DNA of 46,717 nucleotides from Candidatus Dojkabacteria bacterium. GTDB taxonomy: Bacteria; Patescibacteriota; Dojkabacteria; SC72. Within the stretch, counting starts at the first letter, position 1, and each line of letters starts with the position of its first letter. A program made the position numbers and the translations under genes. The DNA is taken from assembly GCA_018056375.1 (NCBI GenBank), contig JAGPFQ010000001.1, positions 598,137 through 644,853 of the forward strand, written 5' to 3'. Shown here one piece after another: positions 1 through 7,381 of this stretch. A model generated the notes under the pieces. It was not told the DNA's origin and made no database searches. It saw only the letters and a list, made by a program, of their open reading frames with translations.

Positions 1-1
1 T

Positions 2-154
2 AAAATAGTTGGTGGTAAAGTTGCAGACAATGTAGAAAGTGGGTATTTCGGGATAGCAGGGAAATGGGTACGAGATGCTGAGAATGCTGGATTGTTAACT
101 CCAGAAAAGTCACAAGAGTTATTACAACTTATTGAAGATAGGAAAAATAGATAG
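2..154 (+). CDS. 3' end of a hypothetical protein (5'-truncated by window edge)
   Basis: Open frame KIVGGKVADNVESGYFGIAGKWVRDAENAGLLTPEKSQELLQLIEDRKNR* ending TAG at 152-154; protein-like composition. Confidence 0.6.
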   Translation, partial: KIVGGKVADNVESGYFGIAGKWVRDAENAGLLTPEKSQELLQLIEDRKNR

Positions 155-354
155 GCTACACCATTGACATCTGGTGTGTTAGTTTAGTTCTAACTTCGTT
201 TACAACATCCCGCCATAAACTATAAAAGTTTAAATTTCTCTGCCCCCATTTATATATTACTTATGGCCATATAGAGACTCGTTTTGTAAACCCAGAACAA
301 TTCAAAAAAATAAGAAGATTAGAAAATGGGGAACCCCATCTCTCGGAAGAAGAA

Positions 355-924
355 ATGTGGTCAGTAGATGGTAGTATCCTCGAAGCAGAAATACCTGATA
401 TTGGATTCATAAAGAAAGAGAGGAACTTACTTGATAGTAAACAAAAACGTCTCGAAAGAAGAAATGTCCGTACAGAAGTAGTAGAAGACTTTTGTGAAGA
501 AGTATCGCAGAACTTCCACCAATTACTAATCGATAGTTGTAACTTGGTGGTTCCAGATGAAATATTAGGATATCTTTTGGAAAGTGGTTTTGCAGACCCA
601 CGTTTCAATCTTGCAACAGGATCCAGCAGAGAGAAGATATTAAAGAGAATGTCTCTTAAACAAAGATTATCACCCAAATCATCTGTTTTAATCTTTAGAC
701 TACCGAAAATTTTAACAACGTATCAACTTAACCAAGAAGAACTGATATTACTTACTGGATTTCAACTTTCTAGTGAAGATTGGTTCTTTTTACATAATTC
801 ACTTAGAAAAATTATCTGGGAGAAAATTGGAAAATATCAGGATGAAGAAAATATGTTTTTTCGTAGATTAAACCCCAAAAAACAACACCACCCTACTGAT
901 TACTACTATGTATGGGAAGTGTAA
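355..924 (+). CDS. Hypothetical protein, paralog of 38737..39414; 5' end possibly frame-disrupted (true start may be ATG 263)
   Basis: 189-aa ORF; C-terminus WEKIGKYQDEENMFFRRLNPKKQHHPTDYYYVWEV aligns by eye with the 38737..39414 product. Frame is open upstream to 226 without an ATG. Confidence 0.7.
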   Translation: MWSVDGSILEAEIPDIGFIKKERNLLDSKQKRLERRNVRTEVVEDFCEEVSQNFHQLLIDSCNLVVPDEILGYLLESGFADPRFNLATGSSREKILKRMSLKQRLSPKSSVLIFRLPKILTTYQLNQEELILLTGFQLSSEDWFFLHNSLRKIIWEKIGKYQDEENMFFRRLNPKKQHHPTDYYYVWEV

Positions 925-1023
925 CAAAGAAAGGTTTAGGATTACAGGTTGCATCCTAAACAATTCATTAACTTTCCCTTTCTACAACTTGTTTTCTTCA
1001 CCCACCTATCCTACAATATCAGT

Positions 1024-1815
1024 ATGAACAAGAACCAAAAGAAAATTGCAATCTTCAAACAACAAAAGATTAGAAGAGTATGGGATGAAGAGAAAGAACT
1101 ATGGTATTTCTCTATCGTTGACATTGTATCAGCACTTGCAGTTAGTAAAGACCCAAGAAAATATTGGAACAAGCTTGCCCAAAGGCTTAGAGAAGAAGGA
1201 AGTGAAGTGGTGACAAATTGTCACCAGTTGAAAATGGAAGCTCCTGATGGAAAGATGAGGCTAACTGATGTTGCTGATACAGAGACACTACTTAGAATTA
1301 TACAATCAATACCTTCTCCTAAAGCTGAACCTCTTAAAATATGGTTAGCTAAAGTTGGATATGAAAGAATTGAAGAGACAGAAGACCCTGAACTAGCTTT
1401 TAACAGAGCTATGAGAACATATCTACAGAAAGGATATTCTAAAGAATGGATTAACCAAAGATTAAAGAGTATTGAAATTAGAAAAGAATTAACTGATGAA
1501 TGGCAAGAGAGAGGTGTAAAGGAAGGTATAGAGTTTGCAATATTAACAGATGAGATTACTAAAGCATGGTCTGATATGACTGTAAGAGATTTTAAGAAGA
1601 AGAAAGGGTTAAAGAAAGAAAGTCTTAGGGATAATATGACTAATTTAGAATTAGTATTGAATATGTTAGCAGAGACATCCACCACAGAGATATCTAAGAG
1701 TAAGAAGCCTAGAAACTTCAAGGAGAATAAAGAAGTTGCAAAAGAAGGAGGTACTGTTGCTAAAAAGGCGAGACTTGAACTAGAGAGTAAGGTTGGAAAG
1801 AAAATGATTGACTAA
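1024..1815 (+). CDS. Bro-N domain protein (phage antirepressor-like, stand-alone)
   Basis: IRRVWDEEKELWYFSIVDIV...YWNKLAQRL...QLKMEAPDGKMRLTDVA...IIQSIPSPKAEP is the typical Bro-N family pattern. Start moved from the track's 949 to ATG 1024, preceded by TTGTTT(989-994)-17nt-TACAAT(1012-1017). Confidence 0.85.
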   Translation: MNKNQKKIAIFKQQKIRRVWDEEKELWYFSIVDIVSALAVSKDPRKYWNKLAQRLREEGSEVVTNCHQLKMEAPDGKMRLTDVADTETLLRIIQSIPSPKAEPLKIWLAKVGYERIEETEDPELAFNRAMRTYLQKGYSKEWINQRLKSIEIRKELTDEWQERGVKEGIEFAILTDEITKAWSDMTVRDFKKKKGLKKESLRDNMTNLELVLNMLAETSTTEISKSKKPRNFKENKEVAKEGGTVAKKARLELESKVGKKMID

Positions 1816-1867
1816 ATATATATATATATAATGTGGCTGTTCAACATAATATTTTACAAAAAGAAAA

Positions 1868-2146
1868 ATGGGTAAATTTAACAAAGAGATGATTTGTACT
1901 GAATGTGGTTACATAGGTAAACCCAAAAAGTGGATGAAAGGAAGCTTCTTTATCGAACTAATACTTTGGTTAGCCTTTCTTGTTCCAGGAATTATTTACA
2001 CAATTTGGAGAGTAACAAATACTGTTGCAATATGTCCTAAGTGCGAAAAAGAAACATTAATTCCAACTGATACTCCTAGAGGTGCTGAGCTAAAGGCTAA
2101 AAGCACACAGTTAACTACTCCAAACAACAATCAACAGCTTTCCTAA
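1868..2146 (+). CDS. Small membrane protein with CxxC - hydrophobic segment - CxxC (LITAF-like zinc-binding architecture)
   Basis: CTEC...FFIELILWLAFLVPGIIYTIW...CPKC. Confidence 0.75.
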   Translation: MGKFNKEMICTECGYIGKPKKWMKGSFFIELILWLAFLVPGIIYTIWRVTNTVAICPKCEKETLIPTDTPRGAELKAKSTQLTTPNNNQQLS

Positions 2147-2216
2147 CAACATCCCCTATCTTCCCCCAAAAATCATTCTTCTTTTCTTTTTTCTCTTTCT
2201 TCTTTGTCTTTTCCAT
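2115..2216 (-). CDS. 33-aa ORF MEKTKKKEKKEKKNDFWGKIGDVVRKAVDCCLE; probable detached C-terminus of the 2218..2664 gene
   Basis: Read manually on the minus strand; ATG starts 1 nt after the TAG of the upstream gene; ends TAG 2115-2117. Not in the ORF track. Confidence 0.65.
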   Translation of the reverse strand: MEKTKKKEKKEKKNDFWGKIGDVVRKAVDCCLE

Positions 2217-2217
2217 A

Positions 2218-2664
2218 CTATGCTTTCTTCACATCTTCTAACTTAATAACACCCATATTCAATGCCCAAAACAAAGAATACAAGTTATATGCCTTCTCAA
2301 ATACTTCTTCTGCTTCCTTCTTCTTTCCTCTACCTAAGCACTTTGTCCCATACTCCATTAATCTGTAACTTGCTGCTAACAAATGCTTAGAAATACACCA
2401 AACCTCTCCATCATACTGTTTAATTATCTTCTTCAAAAGTTCCTTCCTCATCTCTCTAATCTCTGCAAGAAGGTCATAATATGTAGAATCTCCTGTCTTA
2501 CCACCACTAAAGAACAGATGTTCTTCAATTGAGATAAGGTTCATAATTGCAATAGATAAATCCTGATCTGCTGAAAGATCTAACTTCTGATCCTTCTTCA
2601 AAGCATCATACTTCTCAACTAACTCATTAACATCTTGCATTTCAATATCTTTTTTCTTTGACAT
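2218..2664 (-). CDS. Conserved helical hypothetical protein (LSIAIMNLISIEEH...WCISKHLL family), apparently C-terminally split
   Basis: ORF track 150 aa from TTG 2670; ATG at 2664 preferred. Motif recognised from memory as a CPR-common family found next to glutaredoxin and membrane CxxC genes. Confidence 0.8.
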   Translation of the reverse strand: MSKKKDIEMQDVNELVEKYDALKKDQKLDLSADQDLSIAIMNLISIEEHLFFSGGKTGDSTYYDLLAEIREMRKELLKKIIKQYDGEVWCISKHLLAASYRLMEYGTKCLGRGKKKEAEEVFEKAYNLYSLFWALNMGVIKLEDVKKA

Positions 2665-2698
2665 AATCAAAAAACATTATCTTAACTAAATATTCTGC

Positions 2699-3694
2699 TT
2701 AGTATACTATGAAATAGAGAATTATTGTAGTTATTAATAATGAAGCCACAGGAACAACTACTCTTTGATATGGGAAATACACCTTACCTTTGTTCTTTTC
2801 CTTTAGGAAAGTATGTAGTTTGCTACCAAGAAAAAACATAACACTACCTAATACTACCCCTAGTAAAATCTTATCTATTCCAAGTAAAGTATTATTTGGA
2901 ATCCCTATCAAACCAGTAATCTTCATAGGGATTAAAGCAAAGGCATACATTAACAGTAAAGAAGCTAAAACCCAGACCCAACCACTGACTTTCTTAGCAA
3001 ATTTTTTCTTTTGAATCCAATCTGCTAACCACAAGCTACTTGAAATCAAAAGACCTCCAATCCAAACACCTACAATAGTATCATCAATACCCAAAGACCT
3101 AGACAAGCCTACACCAGCACCAACAGCTACTGTACAGAGAGGACATACGGCATTTACAGGTGTTGCAAAAAACAAAGGAAGAAGCAACAAAGAAGCTATA
3201 ACCCCAATCTTCTTTCCTCTTCTACTTTTTACAAAATATCCAAAGATTGGAAGGACTATCAAAAACCCAAGAACTATTAAAATCAACTTCTCTGTATTAG
3301 CCTGACCTTTAGACTTTTCTTTCTGCTCAGTTGGAGCTGGTTCTTCAAGCTCTTCCCCTGAGACAATACCTCTAAGCTTCGACATAATTGGTTCAACCCC
3401 TTGGTAACACTTTCCATCCACATATAACATTGGGATGCTAGGATCAACATTACATTCTTTAACCATACTACTAAAAAGCTCTGTTTTTTCCTTCCTACCA
3501 TCTAGTTCTATCTCTTCAAATGTAACAACCTCTTTAATACCCTCCTCTTCAATCTTTCCTTTAACTATATGACAGTAAGGACAGTTTTCTGACCAGAATA
3601 ATATCATCTGGTTTTTTGCAAAGACACCTCCACCTAAAGAGAAGAGAAGTACAAAAGAAATTAGAAAGAATGTGTTAACAGAACCTTTCCTCAT
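2699..3694 (-). CDS. Exported glutaredoxin/thioredoxin-like (CPYC) domain fused to a polytopic membrane domain with CPLC motif
   Basis: N-terminal signal/TM, FWSENCPYCH, later IPMLYVDGKC, TM, then AVCPLCTVAVGAGVGLSRSLGIDDTIVGVWIGG and about 4 more TM segments. Confidence 0.85.
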   Translation of the reverse strand: MRKGSVNTFFLISFVLLFSLGGGVFAKNQMILFWSENCPYCHIVKGKIEEEGIKEVVTFEEIELDGRKEKTELFSSMVKECNVDPSIPMLYVDGKCYQGVEPIMSKLRGIVSGEELEEPAPTEQKEKSKGQANTEKLILIVLGFLIVLPIFGYFVKSRRGKKIGVIASLLLLPLFFATPVNAVCPLCTVAVGAGVGLSRSLGIDDTIVGVWIGGLLISSSLWLADWIQKKKFAKKVSGWVWVLASLLLMYAFALIPMKITGLIGIPNNTLLGIDKILLGVVLGSVMFFLGSKLHTFLKEKNKGKVYFPYQRVVVPVASLLITTIILYFIVY

Positions 3695-3779
3695 GTTCTT
3701 ACTGTTAAAATTAAAACTGACAAAGCTATTTTACACTGTTTTGTTATAAATTTCTTTAAAATGTTTCTATTATTTTTAA

Positions 3780-3808
3780 TTGACACGAATCAAATACGCT
3801 TGTATATT
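3780..3808 (+). promoter_or_regulatory. sigma70-type promoter of the pilus operon
   Basis: TTGACA (3780-3785), 17-nt spacer, TATATT (3803-3808), upstream of pilin ATG 3843. Confidence 0.65.
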
Positions 3809-3842
3809 GAATATGTATATAATTTAATTAATATTTATTTCT

Positions 3843-4325
3843 ATGAAAGGAAAGAAATATGAGGGTTTCTCTCTTATCGAGATCCTAGTAGTAGTAGCAT
3901 TAATCATTATTCTTGCTGCTATTACAATTATTGCAATCAACCCTGCAAAGAACTTTAGGGATACTCGAAATGCACAGAGAGCTTCTGATGTAAATGCTAT
4001 TCTTAATGCAGTTACACAGTATACTTCTGAGCAGAACAAGAAGCTCAGCGACTTAGGAACCATTGTAAAGTGTGAGGATCCCGACGGGAACGAACAGTCT
4101 ACAAAGATTGGTAAAAGTGCAGAAACAGGTTTTATAGACCTTTCTGCAAAACTTGTAGATGAAGCAGACCTAATTGTCGCAATCCCTGTAGACCCATCAC
4201 AAACAAAGGAAAACAAAGAATCAGGTGATGACACAGGTTATACCATCTGTGAGACTGCAGGAGGGAGAGTCCAAATCGCAGCTCCTATGGCTGAAGAAAC
4301 AGATCCTATTGTCGTAAAAAGATAG
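3843..4325 (+). CDS. pilA: Type IV major pilin
   Basis: Class III signal KKYEG|FSLIEILVVVALIIILAAITIIAINP; first gene of the operon; IPVDP motif. Confidence 0.9.
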   Translation: MKGKKYEGFSLIEILVVVALIIILAAITIIAINPAKNFRDTRNAQRASDVNAILNAVTQYTSEQNKKLSDLGTIVKCEDPDGNEQSTKIGKSAETGFIDLSAKLVDEADLIVAIPVDPSQTKENKESGDDTGYTICETAGGRVQIAAPMAEETDPIVVKR

Positions 4326-4381
4326 TTAGAGAAAGAAATATATAAAGTGAGTATCAGATAGCTCTTAGCTGTCCAAGAGTT

Positions 4382-5776
4382 ATGGTAGAACTATTACAAT
4401 TACTAGATGATGTTCTTAAGAAGAAGATTAATATATCTGACTTCCTTGATGCTCTAGTAGTGGATGCTCTTAAAAGCAGAGCATCTGATATTCACATAGA
4501 ATCCAAGGAGGATGATATTCTTTTAGTAAGATACAGGGTTGATGGAGTATTGAGAGATATAATTTCAATTGGTCCAGAACTAAAAGATACTCTCCTCTTT
4601 ATCATCAAAGTAAGAGCTAAGTTAAGAACAGATGTTCATCTTGCACCACAGGATGGGAAGATTCCTTTTGTTGTTAAAAAAGCCGATATTGATGGTGATA
4701 AAGAGAAGATAAAGAAAGAGGAAGAGAATGATAAAGACCAAGAGAAAGATGATGCAGAAAAACCCATTGAGGAAAAAGAGGAAGAGGAACAAGAGAAGAA
4801 AGTACTAAACAGGTTGGAAGCATTCAAAGCAGAAGAAAAAGACACTTACAATGTTGATGCTAGAGTATCAATACTTCCTGTTTCATACGGTGAAAAAGTT
4901 GTAATTAGATTGTTAACACAAGCGAACCGATCTCACTCTTTAGCTGATCTAGGTTTTGAAGAACATGATTTAGCCGAACTAGAGAAAGCATACACACAAC
5001 CATATGGACTAATATTAATTACAGGACCTACAGGTAGTGGTAAAACCACCACACTCTACTCTATTCTAAAGATATTAAATACTCGGGAGGTCAATATAAC
5101 AACGATTGAAGACCCTGTTGAGTACAGTATCGAAGGTGTTAATCATATCCAAATCAACGTAAAAAGTGATTTAACCTTTGCTACTGGACTTAGATCTATT
5201 TTAAGACAAGATCCAAATGTCATTATGGTCGGCGAGATCAGAGATACAGAAACAGCTAGAATTACTGTTAACTCGGCACTAACAGGTCACTTAGTGCTAT
5301 CTACTCTCCACGCAAACGATTCCGTAAGTGCTGTACCAAGATTGATAGATATGGGTATTGAACCTTTTTTAATCGCATCTACATTAAATATTGTCGTTGC
5401 ACAAAGATTAGCAAGAAAACTCTGTCCAGATTGTAAGAAACCATGCTCTCTAGAAAAAGATAAAGAGATAAAAGAAATGTTAAAGATAAGACCAGATGTA
5501 GCAAAATATATAAAACCAACAGATAAATTCTACAAAGCAGTTGGTTGTGATAAATGTAACAATGTTGGATTAAAAGGAAGAATCGGAATATATGAAGTAC
5601 TAGTAATTAACAAAACTATGAGAGATACAATAATAAAGAATCCTACTATGGACGATATTTTCCAAACAGCAAAGAAATCTGGTTTTAAACTAATGGTAGA
5701 AGATGCTGTAGACAAACTTAAAAAAGGATATATAGATATACCTGAATTACTTAAGGTTATTGCAATTAAAGATTAA
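4382..5776 (+). CDS. pilB: Type IV pilus/T2SS assembly ATPase (PilB/GspE)
   Basis: ASDIHIE, Walker A GPTGSGKTTT, TIEDPVEY, LRQDPNVIMVGEIRD, TGHLVLSTLH, CxxC...CxxC zinc motif. Confidence 0.95.
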   Translation: MVELLQLLDDVLKKKINISDFLDALVVDALKSRASDIHIESKEDDILLVRYRVDGVLRDIISIGPELKDTLLFIIKVRAKLRTDVHLAPQDGKIPFVVKKADIDGDKEKIKKEEENDKDQEKDDAEKPIEEKEEEEQEKKVLNRLEAFKAEEKDTYNVDARVSILPVSYGEKVVIRLLTQANRSHSLADLGFEEHDLAELEKAYTQPYGLILITGPTGSGKTTTLYSILKILNTREVNITTIEDPVEYSIEGVNHIQINVKSDLTFATGLRSILRQDPNVIMVGEIRDTETARITVNSALTGHLVLSTLHANDSVSAVPRLIDMGIEPFLIASTLNIVVAQRLARKLCPDCKKPCSLEKDKEIKEMLKIRPDVAKYIKPTDKFYKAVGCDKCNNVGLKGRIGIYEVLVINKTMRDTIIKNPTMDDIFQTAKKSGFKLMVEDAVDKLKKGYIDIPELLKVIAIKD

Positions 5777-6927
5777 TGGCAGAAGAAGAAAAAATCAAAG
5801 AGGAGAAAATTCAAGAAGAGAAACCTAAAAAAGAAAAACCAAAGAAGGAAGTACCTAGAGAGAAGCTTTTGAAAAAATTACAGGGAGTAAAGGTCTCTGT
5901 GCCAAACCTTTTAGTTTCTATAAAATCTTTAGCTTCATTACTTAAAGCTGGTATACCTTTGTCTGAAACAATGGAAACCATTGCAGGGCAATCAAGTGAT
6001 CAAAATCTTAATGCTGTATACGAGTATATCGCTGGAGAAGTTAGAAAAGGAGTCACATTAGCAGAAGCAATGAAACTTTTCCCCAAGGTCTTTCCAGAAA
6101 CAATTTCATCTGTAGTAGAAGCTGGAGAACAAGGTGGTTCTCTTGAACAAAACCTTATCTTCATTTCCGATACAATTAAGAAAGAATGGGAGATTAATAA
6201 GAAGCTAAAGGGGGCAATTATCTACCCTATTATTATAGTTTCTATGGTTTTTATGGTTTTCCTCGCCATGATATTTATAGTATTCCCAAAGTTAGAAGTT
6301 ATGTTTGCAACTTTTGAAAACATACCTACTTTTACAAAAACGATTTTAAGTGTTGCTAAATATATTCGAACAAATTGGTATTTTATCTTTGGTGGTATTG
6401 GTGTCCTAGTTGTTCTTTTTATCATCTTCTTAAAAACAAAACCTGGTAAAAGATTCAAAGGTTGGCTTGGGATTAACTTCCCTATTCTTAAAAATCTCTT
6501 CATCAACAACATTCTATCCTCTTTCTCAAGAACTCTGAGTGTGTTGCTAGCAAGTGGTATTCCTATAGCTAAATCTATGAAAATTGCAGCAAACACAACA
6601 AGTAACTATATTTATGCAGAAGTGTTAGAAGAAGTATACAAGAGTATAGAAGCTGGTGATTCGCTATCTCTTTCATTAGGCAAGCACCCGAAATATTTTA
6701 ATAAATCTTTCATTAAAATGGTTGAGATAGGAGAAGCTAGTGGGTCACTAGAAGACAATCTTATGTACCTACATGAATATTATGCCGAAGAGGTAGGAGA
6801 GATGAGTGCAAATATCGTTACAGTTGTAGAACCTGTTCTACTCATCTTGGTAGGTCTTATCATCGGAAGCTTAGTAGTAACTATCCTCATGCCTATTTAC
6901 CAATTAATGGGTTCTATCAATGGTTAA
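5776..6927 (+). CDS. pilC: Type IV pilus inner-membrane platform protein (PilC/GspF)
   Basis: Two GspF repeats (LLKAGIPL...AGEQGGSL; LLASGIPI...IGEASGSL) and three TM segments; start overlaps pilB stop (TAATG). Confidence 0.95.
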   Translation: MAEEEKIKEEKIQEEKPKKEKPKKEVPREKLLKKLQGVKVSVPNLLVSIKSLASLLKAGIPLSETMETIAGQSSDQNLNAVYEYIAGEVRKGVTLAEAMKLFPKVFPETISSVVEAGEQGGSLEQNLIFISDTIKKEWEINKKLKGAIIYPIIIVSMVFMVFLAMIFIVFPKLEVMFATFENIPTFTKTILSVAKYIRTNWYFIFGGIGVLVVLFIIFLKTKPGKRFKGWLGINFPILKNLFINNILSSFSRTLSVLLASGIPIAKSMKIAANTTSNYIYAEVLEEVYKSIEAGDSLSLSLGKHPKYFNKSFIKMVEIGEASGSLEDNLMYLHEYYAEEVGEMSANIVTVVEPVLLILVGLIIGSLVVTILMPIYQLMGSING

Positions 6928-7381
6928 AAAGTACAACAAAGCAGAAAAATTAAAGGGGTTCTCTCTTTTAGAAATAATTGTAACTGTAGGTATTCTACTT
7001 TTGTTCTCTGGAATAATATTTCCATTTACAATTACAAAAATCAAAAGAACACAACTACAAAGCTATGCTTCTGAGATAGTTGCTGATATATACTTCCAAC
7101 AACAAGAGGCTAGAAACAGAAATCAACCTACAGGTATATTTCTCGAAAGTGGACAGTACACTCTTTTTACAGGAGAGACTTATGAAACAGCTACAGAAAA
7201 AGACAAGAAAGAGCTCAAAAAAGGAACTTACTTATCATCCATTATGTTAAATGATGGAACTTCTATTCGTTTTGAGGGGAGTTCTTTTAAACCTCTGACA
7301 TACGGGTCTTTCCTTTTAAGTAATGGGAGAAGTAGTGTGAAGATAGAAATAAATAAAGAAGGATTAATAGAATATGAATAG
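6920..7381 (+). CDS. Minor pilin (FimT/GspH-like)
   Basis: KLKG|FSLLEIIVTVGILLLFSGII N-methylation signal. Confidence 0.85.
   Translation: MVKKYNKAEKLKGFSLLEIIVTVGILLLFSGIIFPFTITKIKRTQLQSYASEIVADIYFQQQEARNRNQPTGIFLESGQYTLFTGETYETATEKDKKELKKGTYLSSIMLNDGTSIRFEGSSFKPLTYGSFLLSNGRSSVKIEINKEGLIEYE

Noticed and set aside
1024-1830. Prophage remnant (Bro-N) and (AT)n tract at 1816-1830
   Set aside because: No other phage genes. Stand-alone Bro-N and RhuM genes are common accessory genes, and a short AT run is unremarkable in AT-rich DNA.
4675-4845. Intein in PilB
   Set aside because: No Cys/Ser N-terminal or His-Asn C-terminal splice motifs; low-complexity charged sequence only.
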